Source of the DNA: Calditrichaceae bacterium | GTDB lineage: Bacteria > Calditrichota > Calditrichia > Calditrichales > JBFXGD01 | Length of the DNA: 64,000 nt | Direction of reading: 5' to 3' | NCBI GenBank assembly: GCA_050173015.1 | Contig: JBFXLE010000022.1 | Coordinates: forward strand, 1,102 to 65,101 | Part shown: positions 10,320-20,285 of the stretch, one piece after another | How positions within the stretch are numbered: position 1 is the first letter of the stretch | Layout of the letters: the number at the start of each line of letters is the position of its first letter | Translations under genes and position numbers: made by a program | The notes under the pieces: generated by a model | Told to the model about the DNA's origin: nothing | The model's input: only the letters and a program-made list of their open reading frames with translations | Databases searched by the model: none

Positions 10320-10509
10320 CGATTTTTTCCTTTTGATTTTCTGATGATGTATAACTATCAAATGGCAGATTTTTCATTTTAATTATATATTTTTTATCAA
10401 GCCTGAAAATCCAGATCACGATTCCCACAGAAAACAGCATAAACAAAAACATAGAGATCATCGGATAGATATTTATACCTTCGATTGCCTGGAGCACGTC
10501 TTTATACAT
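10312..10509 (-). CDS. ccoQ: CcoQ/FixQ-like small subunit of cbb3 oxidase
   Basis: 65 aa with a single TM (YPMISMFLFMLFSVGIVIWIF). It sits between ccoNO and ccoP. Confidence 0.6.
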   Translation of the reverse strand: MYKDVLQAIEGINIYPMISMFLFMLFSVGIVIWIFRLDKKYIIKMKNLPFDSYTSSENQKEKIDG

Positions 10510-10536
10510 AGCTTCTCCGCTTTGGATTATCCGTTA

Positions 10537-12702
10537 TTATTCCACCGGAACTTTAATATCGGTCCCCAGTCTCTGCAAATAGGCGATCAGAGCGATAATT
10601 TCCTTATCGCCTTCCACCACGAAACCGGCATCCCTGAGTCCGGCGGCGATTTTGTCGGACTGCAGCCGCAGATCCCTGTTCGCTTTCGATTCATATCCAT
10701 CGGGATATGGAACTCCGAGAATCCGCATGACAGATATTTTATCCGACGTGGTCGTCGTGTCCAGCCGATCTTCGATCAACCACGGATAAGGCGGCATGAT
10801 CGAGCCCGGCGACATGGATGTTGGATCCAGCATATGGCTGTAATGCCAGGCGTCAGGATATTTTCCTCCTTCACGGTGCAGGTCGGGGCCGGTTCGTTTT
10901 GAGCCCCATAAAAATGGATGATCATATACAAATTCACCCGCCTTGGAATATTCTCCGTAACGCTCTGTTTCCGAACGAATCGGACGGATCATCTGGGAAT
11001 GACAGGTATTGCATCCTTCCCGGATGTAAATATCCCGGCCCTGTAACTCCAGCGGCGTATACGGTTTAACGCTGCTGATTGTCGGTACATTTGATTTGAC
11101 CAGAAATGTCGGCACCATTTCAACAATTCCTCCGATCAGAACCACAACAATTGTGATCAGAGAAAATTGAACCGGTTTATGTTCCAGCCAGCGGTGCCAG
11201 TGTTCATTCGCGGAACCGGTATTATTCACATGAACGAGAGCCGGCGCCATGGCTTCCTCATCATCAATAAGACGGCCGCTTTTGCCTGTTTTATACAGAT
11301 TATAGATCATGATGATTACACCGGTCAGATAAAGCGTGCCACCGATCGAGCGGAAGATATACATCGGTATAATCTGCAGAACGGTCTCTAAAAATATGGG
11401 ATACTGCAAAAAACCGTCCTGTGTAAATGACTGCCACATAAGCCCCTGAGTAATCCCCGCCCAGTATAAAGGAATGGTGTAGAAAACGATCCCGAGAGTG
11501 GCGGCCCAAAAATGCGTGTTGGCCATTTTTACCGAATATAGTTTTGTTCCGTAAAGCCTGGGCACCAGCCAGTATAATATGCCAAATGTCAGCAGACCGT
11601 TCCAGCCCAACGCGCCGACGTGCACATGCGCGATGATCCAATCCGTATAATGAGCAAGCGCGTTTACACTTTTTATGGACAACAACGGTCCTTCAAAGGT
11701 TGCCATTCCGTAAGCCGTCACCGCCACCACCAAAAACTTCAGAATCGGATCTTCGCGGACACGGTCCCATGCGCCCCGAAGCGTCAATAGCCCGTTGAGC
11801 ATCCCTCCCCAGGAGGGGGCAATCAGCATAATCGAAAACACCGTTCCCAACGACTGAGCCCAATCCGGAAGCGCGGTGTACAATAAATGATGAGGGCCTG
11901 CCCAGATATAGATAAATATTAATGCCCAGAAATGGACGATTGATAATCTGTATGAATAAATCGGTCGCTCCGCCGCCTTTGGGAGATAGTAGTACATGAG
12001 CCCCAGGTATGGTGTCGTAAGGAAAAACGCTACAGCATTATGTCCGTACCACCATTGTACCAGAGCGTCCTGAACACCCGCAAATACCGGATAACTTTTT
12101 GTTAGTGTAACCGGAATTTCAATGGAATTCACCAGATGAAGAACCGCCACGGTAAAAAAAGTAGCGAGATAAAACCAGATGGCCACATACATGTGTTTTT
12201 CACGGCGTTTTAAAATCGTGCCGATCATATTAACTCCAAAAACGACCCAGATGATCGTTATGGCGATATCTATGGGCCATTCAAGTTCGGCGTATTCCTT
12301 ACTGGTTGTCATTCCAAGCGGGAGTGTGATTGCCGCCATCACGATGATGAGCTGCCATCCCCAGAAATGAATTTTGCTTAGAAGATCGCTGAACATCCGC
12401 GCTTTTAAGAGACGCTGAAGCGAATAATACACCCCCATGAAGATTCCGTTACCGACAAACGCGAATATAACCGAATTGGTATGCAGCGGCCTCAACCGGC
12501 TGAAAGTGATGTACGGTATTCCCAAATTCCATGAGGGCAGATAGATCTGAAAGGCGATCGTTAAACCGACTGTCATACCTATCAATCCCCAAAAAACGGT
12601 TGCCAGATAAAAATTCCGGACGATTCTGTTATCGTACTGAAACGTCTCCATTGTCATGCTCACGCTCCCTGTTCTCAGATTTTGATTTTGTTTTATCATC
12701 AA
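10537..12702 (-). CDS. ccoNO: Fused cbb3-type cytochrome c oxidase subunits I and II (CcoN-CcoO)
   Basis: The N-terminal ~470 aa is a heme-copper oxidase subunit I of C-type (HFWALIFIYIWAGPHH, IAHVHVGALGW). The C-terminal part has the CcoO heme motif CNTCHSQMIRP and GPDL...GGKYPDAWH. The exact start is uncertain (Met at 12702, 12657 or 12651). Confidence 0.9.
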   Translation of the reverse strand: MMIKQNQNLRTGSVSMTMETFQYDNRIVRNFYLATVFWGLIGMTVGLTIAFQIYLPSWNLGIPYITFSRLRPLHTNSVIFAFVGNGIFMGVYYSLQRLLKARMFSDLLSKIHFWGWQLIIVMAAITLPLGMTTSKEYAELEWPIDIAITIIWVVFGVNMIGTILKRREKHMYVAIWFYLATFFTVAVLHLVNSIEIPVTLTKSYPVFAGVQDALVQWWYGHNAVAFFLTTPYLGLMYYYLPKAAERPIYSYRLSIVHFWALIFIYIWAGPHHLLYTALPDWAQSLGTVFSIMLIAPSWGGMLNGLLTLRGAWDRVREDPILKFLVVAVTAYGMATFEGPLLSIKSVNALAHYTDWIIAHVHVGALGWNGLLTFGILYWLVPRLYGTKLYSVKMANTHFWAATLGIVFYTIPLYWAGITQGLMWQSFTQDGFLQYPIFLETVLQIIPMYIFRSIGGTLYLTGVIIMIYNLYKTGKSGRLIDDEEAMAPALVHVNNTGSANEHWHRWLEHKPVQFSLITIVVVLIGGIVEMVPTFLVKSNVPTISSVKPYTPLELQGRDIYIREGCNTCHSQMIRPIRSETERYGEYSKAGEFVYDHPFLWGSKRTGPDLHREGGKYPDAWHYSHMLDPTSMSPGSIMPPYPWLIEDRLDTTTTSDKISVMRILGVPYPDGYESKANRDLRLQSDKIAAGLRDAGFVVEGDKEIIALIAYLQRLGTDIKVPVE

Positions 12703-12832
12703 ATAAAATCCTCACCGATGGTGTATATTGATCATCATACTGACCGCTTTTAACCGCCCATAAAAAAGCCCCCAGAAATCCTGCCGCCACAATCAGGCTG
12801 AAACCGATAAGAATAAACATCGCGCTCATCAC
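12629..12832 (-). CDS. ccoS: cbb3 oxidase maturation protein CcoS/FixS
   Basis: Small single-TM protein with FLWAVKSGQYDD and ILFDD, characteristic of CcoS. Its start overlaps the ccoI stop. Confidence 0.7.
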   Translation of the reverse strand: MMSAMFILIGFSLIVAAGFLGAFLWAVKSGQYDDQYTPSVRILFDDKTKSKSENREREHDNGDVSVR

Positions 12833-15288
12833 TCACCCGCTTTCGAACGTAAACCGGCGCGAGCAGCCATAAAATTGGTTGCTACGGTCGTAAAAACCAT
12901 CACTGTTATTGAGCTAACCGGCATCAGCACTGCCGAAATCAAGGGCGAAAGCGTCCCCTGAACGGCAAAACCCAACCCGATGATATTATATAAAAATGAA
13001 ATGATAAAACTGATGCTGATGATATTCATACTTATTCGGGAAAACCGAATAAACCGGTCTAAGTTTACAAAACTTTCCGCCTGCGCGATGCCGTCACATG
13101 CAGGTGAGAACCCGCTTATATTTTCCGAAACCGCTATTCCCGCGTCACTTTGTTTTAGGGCACCGGCGTCATTCAGGCCGTCACCGATCATCATCACTTG
13201 ATTTTTTTGGGACTGAAGATTCTTGATATACTCCAGTTTATCATGAGGGGATTGATTAAATTTTAGATCGGATTCGCTGCCAAACAATTCTTGAAGAAAT
13301 GACTTTTCTCTATCATTATCACCCGTAATCATGGAAAGCCGGTAATTTGTTTTAAGATTTTTCAGAATATCCTTCAACCCCTTACGGTAACTGTTTCCGA
13401 GCCGGAAACACCCTCTGTAAATCCCGTCCAGCTCAATGTGAACAATCGATGTTGTCATTGAATCAAATGAACTTTTTTTAACACCGATGAACCTGTCCGA
13501 ACCTATTTTTACCTTGACACCTTTTACAATCCCTTCGATCCCCGCTCCGGGTATTTCATTAAATCGCGTAATCCCCGGTAAAGCGTCAGCTTCCAAAAAT
13601 CGACTGATCCGCTGACTAAGCGGATGGATGGATTGCGCCGTAATTGATTTTATGAATTGCTTTTCCGGATCGCTGAGCGGTTCATTTAAATGATCAGGAT
13701 AATGCCAGGTCACATCGTCCGATCCGGTGCCGGTTAAGGTTCCCGTCTTATCAAAAACAATGATGTCTGTTTTGGAAATTGCTTCGATGACTGATGTATT
13801 TTTTACATAGAAGCGGTTTCTTGAGAATATCCTGAGCGTGTTCCCCAGAGTAAACGGAGCTGACAGAGCGAGCGCGCAGGGACAAGCGACAATCAGAACT
13901 GCCGTAAATGCATTTAATGCGAGATGCGCGTTTTCGGGAAGCCAGTAAATTGCCGAAGCGGCAGCAATGAGCAGGACAGCTATTGTAAAATATTTACTGA
14001 TGGTATCGGAAATAGTGATCATCCGGCTTTTATTGTCTTTATGAAAGATATCCTGATTCCATAATTTTGTCAGGTAACTTTGAGAAACATCTTTCACCAC
14101 TTCTAATTCAATATGACTACCCGACTGCCTTCCCCCGGCATAAACAATTTCACCTGAGATTTTTTTGACTAATTTTGATTCGCCCGTTACAAAACTGTAA
14201 TCGATATATCCATCGCCTTTAATAAGAACAGAGTCGGCAGGAATCAATTCCGCGTTTCGGACAATAATCCGGTCTCCGACCCGTAATTTTGACAAAGGTA
14301 TGGTTTTGCGCTCCTTCTTCTTCCTTATCGTCACCGCGATTGGAAAATATGATTTGTAATCGCGTTCGAATGATAACGCATGATGCGTTTTATTTTGAAA
14401 CAATTTTCCGACAAGCAGCAGCAAAATCAGTCCCGTAAAAGAATCCATATATCCGGTGCCATATCCGCTAAGGATTTCATACAAACTTCTGCTGAACAAA
14501 GTGATAATTCCCAGAGAAATGGGCACATCGATATTTATCAGCCGTTGTCTGAATCCTGTCCGGGCGGATTTAAAGTAATTTATACTGCTGTATAGCAATA
14601 CAGGTAAGGCAAGAAGAATGTTCATATATCCAAAAAATACTCTGAACGGAGCATCAATCTCCGCTTCACCGGATAAATATTCCGGAAAACTGAGCAGCAT
14701 AATATTCGCGAATGCAAATCCTGCCACACCGATTTTCAGGTATAGATCTCTATCCTCTGACTTATTTTGCGTCTTCCTGAGATTTTCATGATTAAACTGT
14801 GGTTCATAACCAATGGATGCCAGATTTTCCACAATTTCCCGTAACCCGGTTTTATCCCGGTTATAAGTGATATTCAGCTCTTTTTGAACAAAATCGACAC
14901 GGGATTCAATAATACCACCGTTTAATCTCTCAAGATTTTCGAGTAGCCAGATACATGAGCTGCAGTGCATGGAAGGAATAAATAGATTAACAGAAACACC
15001 GGACCCTCCGGATTCCTGAATCAATTGTTTTTGAATAGAATTATCTTCAAGAAAGGAATATTTTTCCGGAGCTCCGAATTCATCCGGAGAGACGCCCGGA
15101 TTCTTATCAAACTGATAATAATCGCAAAGATTATTTTCTTCAAGAAGTTCATAGACCAGCCGGCAACCCTTGCAGCAGAAGACTTTTTCCCCCATCGCAA
15201 TGGAGGAATCCCTGCATTGTTCACCGCAATGATAACACTCTAAATCTTTTTTTAGTTTCGGCTGGTAGATTTTTACATCTACTGACAT
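12829..15288 (-). CDS. ccoI: Copper-translocating P1B-type ATPase CcoI/FixI
   Basis: Cys-rich N-terminus (CYHCGEQC, CCKGC). HMA-like MHCSSC, the transmembrane CPC motif (VACPCALALS), the DKTGTLT phosphorylation site and the GDGLNDAGAL hinge. Confidence 0.9.
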   Translation of the reverse strand: MSVDVKIYQPKLKKDLECYHCGEQCRDSSIAMGEKVFCCKGCRLVYELLEENNLCDYYQFDKNPGVSPDEFGAPEKYSFLEDNSIQKQLIQESGGSGVSVNLFIPSMHCSSCIWLLENLERLNGGIIESRVDFVQKELNITYNRDKTGLREIVENLASIGYEPQFNHENLRKTQNKSEDRDLYLKIGVAGFAFANIMLLSFPEYLSGEAEIDAPFRVFFGYMNILLALPVLLYSSINYFKSARTGFRQRLINIDVPISLGIITLFSRSLYEILSGYGTGYMDSFTGLILLLLVGKLFQNKTHHALSFERDYKSYFPIAVTIRKKKERKTIPLSKLRVGDRIIVRNAELIPADSVLIKGDGYIDYSFVTGESKLVKKISGEIVYAGGRQSGSHIELEVVKDVSQSYLTKLWNQDIFHKDNKSRMITISDTISKYFTIAVLLIAAASAIYWLPENAHLALNAFTAVLIVACPCALALSAPFTLGNTLRIFSRNRFYVKNTSVIEAISKTDIIVFDKTGTLTGTGSDDVTWHYPDHLNEPLSDPEKQFIKSITAQSIHPLSQRISRFLEADALPGITRFNEIPGAGIEGIVKGVKVKIGSDRFIGVKKSSFDSMTTSIVHIELDGIYRGCFRLGNSYRKGLKDILKNLKTNYRLSMITGDNDREKSFLQELFGSESDLKFNQSPHDKLEYIKNLQSQKNQVMMIGDGLNDAGALKQSDAGIAVSENISGFSPACDGIAQAESFVNLDRFIRFSRISMNIISISFIISFLYNIIGLGFAVQGTLSPLISAVLMPVSSITVMVFTTVATNFMAARAGLRSKAGE

Positions 15289-15367
15289 CGATTTTTATAA
15301 CCGCTTTTTTATTTGTTTTGAAACCTTCCCGTAAAATCTCTCATTTTCTTTTTTAAAAAGATTTTAT

Positions 15368-15736
15368 TTACCGGGCAGTTTCATAGATCCTGGCATTTTT
15401 CTGAATCGGACCGTCTTTAATCTTGTAAATCTCACCCCTGTTCATTGTATCAAACATGGTAAGAATGATAAAAACAGCCAGAAACACAAGTGAAAAAGAA
15501 AAGATGGCCAGATAGAATTTATTATCATACAACAAGTGCATAAAGAAAAGAAGGACCAGTGTCCCTTTCACCGTCGCTATCAGCATGGCAATGATAAGAT
15601 TGAACGCGCCGAAATGCAGAAAGGAAGCTCCTACGGTGATTCCCGTAAGCGCCAATAACGCCGCGGCCACTCCGAGGTATGTCTTCAACGGGAGAATATG
15701 ATTTTTATTTTCAACATGATTTGAATTTGTCATCAT
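15368..15736 (-). CDS. ctaF: Cytochrome c oxidase subunit IV (prokaryotic COX4 family)
   Basis: 122 aa with three TM helices and the VKGTLVLLFFMHL motif. It follows subunit III. Confidence 0.75.
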   Translation of the reverse strand: MMTNSNHVENKNHILPLKTYLGVAAALLALTGITVGASFLHFGAFNLIIAMLIATVKGTLVLLFFMHLLYDNKFYLAIFSFSLVFLAVFIILTMFDTMNRGEIYKIKDGPIQKNARIYETAR

Positions 15737-15739
15737 TAT

Positions 15740-16387
15740 TTATCCTATCAAATACAATAGAGGAAACAAAAATATCCAGATCAGATCGACCAGGTGCCAG
15801 TATAAACCGGTCATCTCGATTGGAGTATAATATTCCGCGGAAAATTCATCTTTTACGGTTCTGTACAGAACCCAGCTGATCGCGAACATCCCGAACAGTA
15901 TGTGAAAACCGTGCAGACCGGTCATTGCAAAATATATACTGAAAAAGACATGTGGATTAGTCCCCTCCAGGCCCGTAAACGTATAGTATTTTCCCGGAAG
16001 CTGTCCCAAATGTATCTTATGCGTGTATTCGAAATATTTTACAACAAGAAAGGCGGCGGCAAGGATTAGCGTAATTACCAGAAAAATAATTGTCTGTTTT
16101 TTATTCGATAACTGCATACTTCTTATGGAAAGCGCCATGGTCAGGGAGCTTGTAATCAGCACAACCGTATTCAAAGTACCGAGATAAACATTAAGCACCT
16201 TATGGGCGTTGTAAAACATGTCCGGATTCCATGCCCGAAAAATCGCATAAGCCGTAAAGAGTCCGCCAAACAACAAGATTTCAGTCAAAAGAAATATCCA
16301 CATCCCCAGCTTTACCGTTTCCTGCTGCTGCCCCACATCACTAAAATGATGCGCCAGATGGTTAGGATGTTTTTCCGCATGCTCCAT
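15740..16387 (-). CDS. ctaE: Cytochrome c oxidase subunit III
   Basis: 215 aa. Typical COX3 pattern (LGMWIFLLTEILLFGGLF, YFAMTGLHGFHILFG, YWHLVDLIWIFLFPLLY). Confidence 0.9.
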   Translation of the reverse strand: MEHAEKHPNHLAHHFSDVGQQQETVKLGMWIFLLTEILLFGGLFTAYAIFRAWNPDMFYNAHKVLNVYLGTLNTVVLITSSLTMALSIRSMQLSNKKQTIIFLVITLILAAAFLVVKYFEYTHKIHLGQLPGKYYTFTGLEGTNPHVFFSIYFAMTGLHGFHILFGMFAISWVLYRTVKDEFSAEYYTPIEMTGLYWHLVDLIWIFLFPLLYLIG

Positions 16388-16438
16388 ATATTCAGTCCTG
16401 TTTCTTAACTAAAATTACCCTTAAAATTAAAACCACAT

Positions 16439-18100
16439 TTATTTAACCGCTTCCGGTTCTTCCTTCCGGCTGTCTAACGCATCTTTTTCGTATAAAATAT
16501 CATCAACAACCATAAGGTGATCAAAATCATATGGACCGTTAACCACCACCGGAATTTCAGAGAAATTTTCCTTCGGTGGCGGCGAATCGGTAGTCCATTC
16601 AAGAGTCAATGCGCCAAACGGATTTTTTCCGGCCGGCCGCCCCTTAATCATGGCGTAAACCAGATAAACTCCCATAATAATGAAGCCTACTCCCAGCACC
16701 CATGATCCGACCGATGAAAAGGCATGGAGCGGCTGAAATTGATCAAGATAATTATAATAACGCCTGGGCATCCCCTTTGTCCCAAGAATAAATTGAGTAA
16801 AAAACGTCATATTGAATCCAACAAAGATCAGAAAAGCCGCGATCTTTCCCCAGAACTCACTGTACATACGACCCCAAAACTTGGGCCACCAGTAATGCAG
16901 ACCGCCGAGAAACGCCATCACCGTCCCGCCCATCATCACATAATGAAAATGAGCAACTACAAAATATGTGTCATGCAGGTGGATATCTATAGACAGGGCG
17001 CCGAGGAATATTCCCGTTAGCCCTCCAATGGCGAACAAAAACAGGAATGAAAGCGCGTATAGCATTGGTGTTTCGAAACTAATCGATCCCTTATAGAGCG
17101 TCGCCAGCCAGTTGAACATCTTGATCCCCGAAGGTATCCCCACGAGAAAGGTTAAAAATGAAAATATCATCGCTGCCAGTTCAGATTGCCCGCTTGTGAA
17201 CATGTGATGTCCCCAGACCAGGAAACTTACCAGCGCGATTCCCAGACTGGAAAAGGCGATCGCTTTATAACCGAAAATCTTTTTATGGGAAAAAGTCGAA
17301 ATCAGTTCACTGATAATCCCCATCCCGGGAAGAATCATGATATATACGGCCGGATGCGAGTAGAACCAGAAAAAGTGCTGATAGAGAACCGGATCTCCAC
17401 CCATCGCCGGGTCAAAAATACCGATACCGAATGCTTTTTCCAGAATTAGTAGAAGTAAGGTTATTCCGAGCACAGGAGTCGCCAGCACCTGAATTATCGC
17501 CGTGGCATAGAGTCCCCAGACAAAAAGCGGCATTTTGAACCAGGTCATCCCCGGCGCCCGCAGCTTATGGATGGTGGCGATAAAATTGATGCCGGTAAAA
17601 ATAGAAGAAAAACCAAGAATAAAAATACCAAATGTCATGGAAATTACCGAGCCGGTTGATTCAGTACTGTATGGAGTATAAAAAGTCCAGCCCGTATCCA
17701 CGCCGCCTGTAATGATCGCAAAAACCGCGAACAAAGCGCCGAACACATACACATACCAGCTTGCGAGGTTTAACCTTGGAAAGGCGACATCCTTCGCTCC
17801 TATCATCAATGGAAGCACAAAATTTCCAAGCGCGGCGGGAATTGACGGTATGATGAACAAAAATATCATAATCGCGCCGTGCAGTGTAAAATACTGATTA
17901 TAGGTTTCCGCCGTCATGAAGTCCGGTCCCGGATGCAGAAGCTCCAGTCGGATTAATACTGCCAGTACACCGCCGACAAAGAAGGAAATCATAATACTGT
18001 ACAAATACAGAACGCCGATCCGTTTATGATCCAGTGTAAACAGCCATGATTTGATTCCTTTTTCCTGATTCAGATAATTTGTTTCTGCAAAAACAGCCAT
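16439..18100 (-). CDS. ctaD: Cytochrome c oxidase subunit I (A-type heme-copper oxidase)
   Basis: [33 protein letters not shown] and [11 protein letters not shown] are diagnostic subunit I motifs. Confidence 0.95.
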   Translation of the reverse strand: MAVFAETNYLNQEKGIKSWLFTLDHKRIGVLYLYSIMISFFVGGVLAVLIRLELLHPGPDFMTAETYNQYFTLHGAIMIFLFIIPSIPAALGNFVLPLMIGAKDVAFPRLNLASWYVYVFGALFAVFAIITGGVDTGWTFYTPYSTESTGSVISMTFGIFILGFSSIFTGINFIATIHKLRAPGMTWFKMPLFVWGLYATAIIQVLATPVLGITLLLLILEKAFGIGIFDPAMGGDPVLYQHFFWFYSHPAVYIMILPGMGIISELISTFSHKKIFGYKAIAFSSLGIALVSFLVWGHHMFTSGQSELAAMIFSFLTFLVGIPSGIKMFNWLATLYKGSISFETPMLYALSFLFLFAIGGLTGIFLGALSIDIHLHDTYFVVAHFHYVMMGGTVMAFLGGLHYWWPKFWGRMYSEFWGKIAAFLIFVGFNMTFFTQFILGTKGMPRRYYNYLDQFQPLHAFSSVGSWVLGVGFIIMGVYLVYAMIKGRPAGKNPFGALTLEWTTDSPPPKENFSEIPVVVNGPYDFDHLMVVDDILYEKDALDSRKEEPEAVK

Positions 18101-18113
18101 ACTATCTACCCGC

Positions 18114-19055
18114 TTATTTTAATGTTTTTAAGTATGCGATCATCGCGTCTATTTCTTCATCTTTCAAGAGTCCCTGATAAGTCGGCATCACCGGTTGAAA
18201 TCCCATCACCACTTTAGCCTGAGGTTCCAATATGGATTCGCGAATATAATTTTCATCCGCTGTAATATTACTACCATCCTGTAACCGTTCCATGCGACCG
18301 AATAATCCTTTGAAGGTCGGACCTGTATTTTTTGAACCGTCATTACTGTGACAGGTAATACAAGCCTTAGTCCTTAATAATTTCGCGCCGAACTCTTCAG
18401 GCGCCATTCCGGCTCCGGGATTGGCGTTGGACGCTATCCACTCGTCATATTCACGTCCGGATACGACTTTAACCTTGCCGATCATCTCTGAATGTCCTTT
18501 ACCACAGTATTCCGTGCAGAACAAATCAAAAGTACCCGGATTTGTCGCTTCGAACCAGGCGATGGTGTACCTGTTTGGCAACACATCCATTTTCATACGG
18601 AAATCCGGCACGAAGAAACTGTGTATTACATCTTTGGAAGACATGGTCAGCTGTACCGGTTTGCCGACCGGCACAACCAGCTCATTGGTGGTTGTAATGC
18701 CATTGTCATATCCGAACGACCAGAACCATTTTTGACCGGTGACCTTAACATTCATGGCATCTTTCGGTACGACATTCATCTTCAGATATGTATTAAATCC
18801 CCATAAAAAAACAATGAAAACGAGAATAGTCGGAATAACGGTCCAGATAATTTCCAGCCGGGTATTATGCGAAATATCCGGGGTGAATTCTTTTTTCCCG
18901 CGCCGACGATACTTTACCGCGAACCAGATGCTTCCAAAAACAACAATGATAAAAAAGAAAATGGAAGCATAAAGGATAAAATAAAACAACGCGTCAACAT
19001 CCGAGGCTATTGTTGAATTTGGCGGCGGTAGAAAAAATGTCCCGGTTGTATCCAT
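18114..19055 (-). CDS. ctaC: Cytochrome c oxidase subunit II with C-terminal cytochrome c domain (caa3 type)
   Basis: Two N-terminal TM helices, the CuA site (DVIHSFFVP; [12 protein letters not shown]), and a C-terminal CITCHS heme-c motif. Confidence 0.9.
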   Translation of the reverse strand: MDTTGTFFLPPPNSTIASDVDALFYFILYASIFFFIIVVFGSIWFAVKYRRRGKKEFTPDISHNTRLEIIWTVIPTILVFIVFLWGFNTYLKMNVVPKDAMNVKVTGQKWFWSFGYDNGITTTNELVVPVGKPVQLTMSSKDVIHSFFVPDFRMKMDVLPNRYTIAWFEATNPGTFDLFCTEYCGKGHSEMIGKVKVVSGREYDEWIASNANPGAGMAPEEFGAKLLRTKACITCHSNDGSKNTGPTFKGLFGRMERLQDGSNITADENYIRESILEPQAKVVMGFQPVMPTYQGLLKDEEIDAMIAYLKTLK

Positions 19056-19095
19056 CGAAATAATCTTCCTTCTTTAAACCTTTAATCGGTTTCAG

Positions 19096-19914
19096 TCATA
19101 GAATTGATTTTCTTCTGTATTCACTCATCCAGTAAATACCCAATACAACGATCATGATGACTAGAGTGATTGCTCCGCCCAGGCGCATGACGTTACCCGC
19201 GAAAATCACATACCCCTTTGATGAAGGGTCATAATGATAGCAGTACAATATTAACCGGTCGATCGTAGAACCAATCCGCCCTTCAGATGCTTCGAGCAGC
19301 GCTAACCGCAAATCTGACGCTCTGTACTCAATTCCATAGAGATATCTGGATATCTCTCCCTCCGGGGTAAGGACAAACACAACCGCGGGATGAGCGAATT
19401 CATCTCTTTCTTCCACATAATAGTATTCAAATCCCAGGGCTTCCGCCAGAGAGTCAATCCGCGGCTGATCACCCACAAAGAAAGTCCATCCCTGTTGCGC
19501 CGCGTCTTTCTGTATGAAGTCCATATGCGTCTTTTTCTTTGCCGCGGCTAATTCCACCGTCTCTCCCGGATCTATGCTTACCGTTAGAAGCTCATACTGC
19601 TTTCCGGGAACCCAATCCAGTTCACTAACCGTCTGGCTGACGCCATTCAATACCAACGTGCAGAGCATGGGACAGTTGTAATAAGCGAGTATCATTACCA
19701 CAGGTTTACCCTGATGAAAAAAATCATTCAGACTGCGCCAATTGCCATGATCATCTGTGAATTTCAAATTCAGAGGGATCCTTTCTCCCAAATGTTCTGA
19801 AACATCGATATCTTGAAGCTCGTCCACTTTTTGACGATTAATCTGTCCGTTGGCCGCGATCACCAGGGACAGCAAGATTATATAAATCAAAGGGCTATTA
19901 AAACGAAACAACAT
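19096..19914 (-). CDS. SCO1/SenC family copper chaperone (second copy, with extra C-terminal TM)
   Basis: Signal/anchor segment, a YYNCPMLC (CxxxC) motif, a His in FAHPAVVFV, and a C-terminal hydrophobic helix (GGAITLVIMIVVLGIYW). Confidence 0.8.
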   Translation of the reverse strand: MLFRFNSPLIYIILLSLVIAANGQINRQKVDELQDIDVSEHLGERIPLNLKFTDDHGNWRSLNDFFHQGKPVVMILAYYNCPMLCTLVLNGVSQTVSELDWVPGKQYELLTVSIDPGETVELAAAKKKTHMDFIQKDAAQQGWTFFVGDQPRIDSLAEALGFEYYYVEERDEFAHPAVVFVLTPEGEISRYLYGIEYRASDLRLALLEASEGRIGSTIDRLILYCYHYDPSSKGYVIFAGNVMRLGGAITLVIMIVVLGIYWMSEYRRKSIL

Positions 19915-19925
19915 TGTTATACTTA

Positions 19926-20276
19926 TTATCTTTTTGATTTTACTTGTTTTAAACGACTTTCATAGGTCTCATCCGCAATCACTTGTATGGCTCTTTCGAT
20001 CGGAATCTGATAAATACCATTTTCAGCATCCAGCAATTTATAGGTATTGAGTTCTTTCTCTTCAGCGGCTCTTATCTCGCGCAGTTCAATTGATTCCGGC
20101 TTTAGAACCTTCTCAAAGACCAGGTTTTCCCGGGCGAAAACAAAATACTCATTCAAAAATACCAGGATCGACGCGAGCAATACGATGATAGCGACCGCAT
20201 AACCAATAATTTTTGAAATATTTATATCCTGTTTCTCATATTGTTGACCGGAATTCTCAATCATATTATCTGCCAT
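19926..20276 (-). CDS. Hypothetical single-TM protein between actF and SCO
   Basis: 116 aa with one TM (IIGYAVAIIVLLASILVFL). It is tightly packed, 9 nt from actF and 11 nt from SCO. I recognise no motif. Confidence 0.4.
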   Translation of the reverse strand: MADNMIENSGQQYEKQDINISKIIGYAVAIIVLLASILVFLNEYFVFARENLVFEKVLKPESIELREIRAAEEKELNTYKLLDAENGIYQIPIERAIQVIADETYESRLKQVKSKR

Positions 20277-20285
20277 TGTTTCTTC

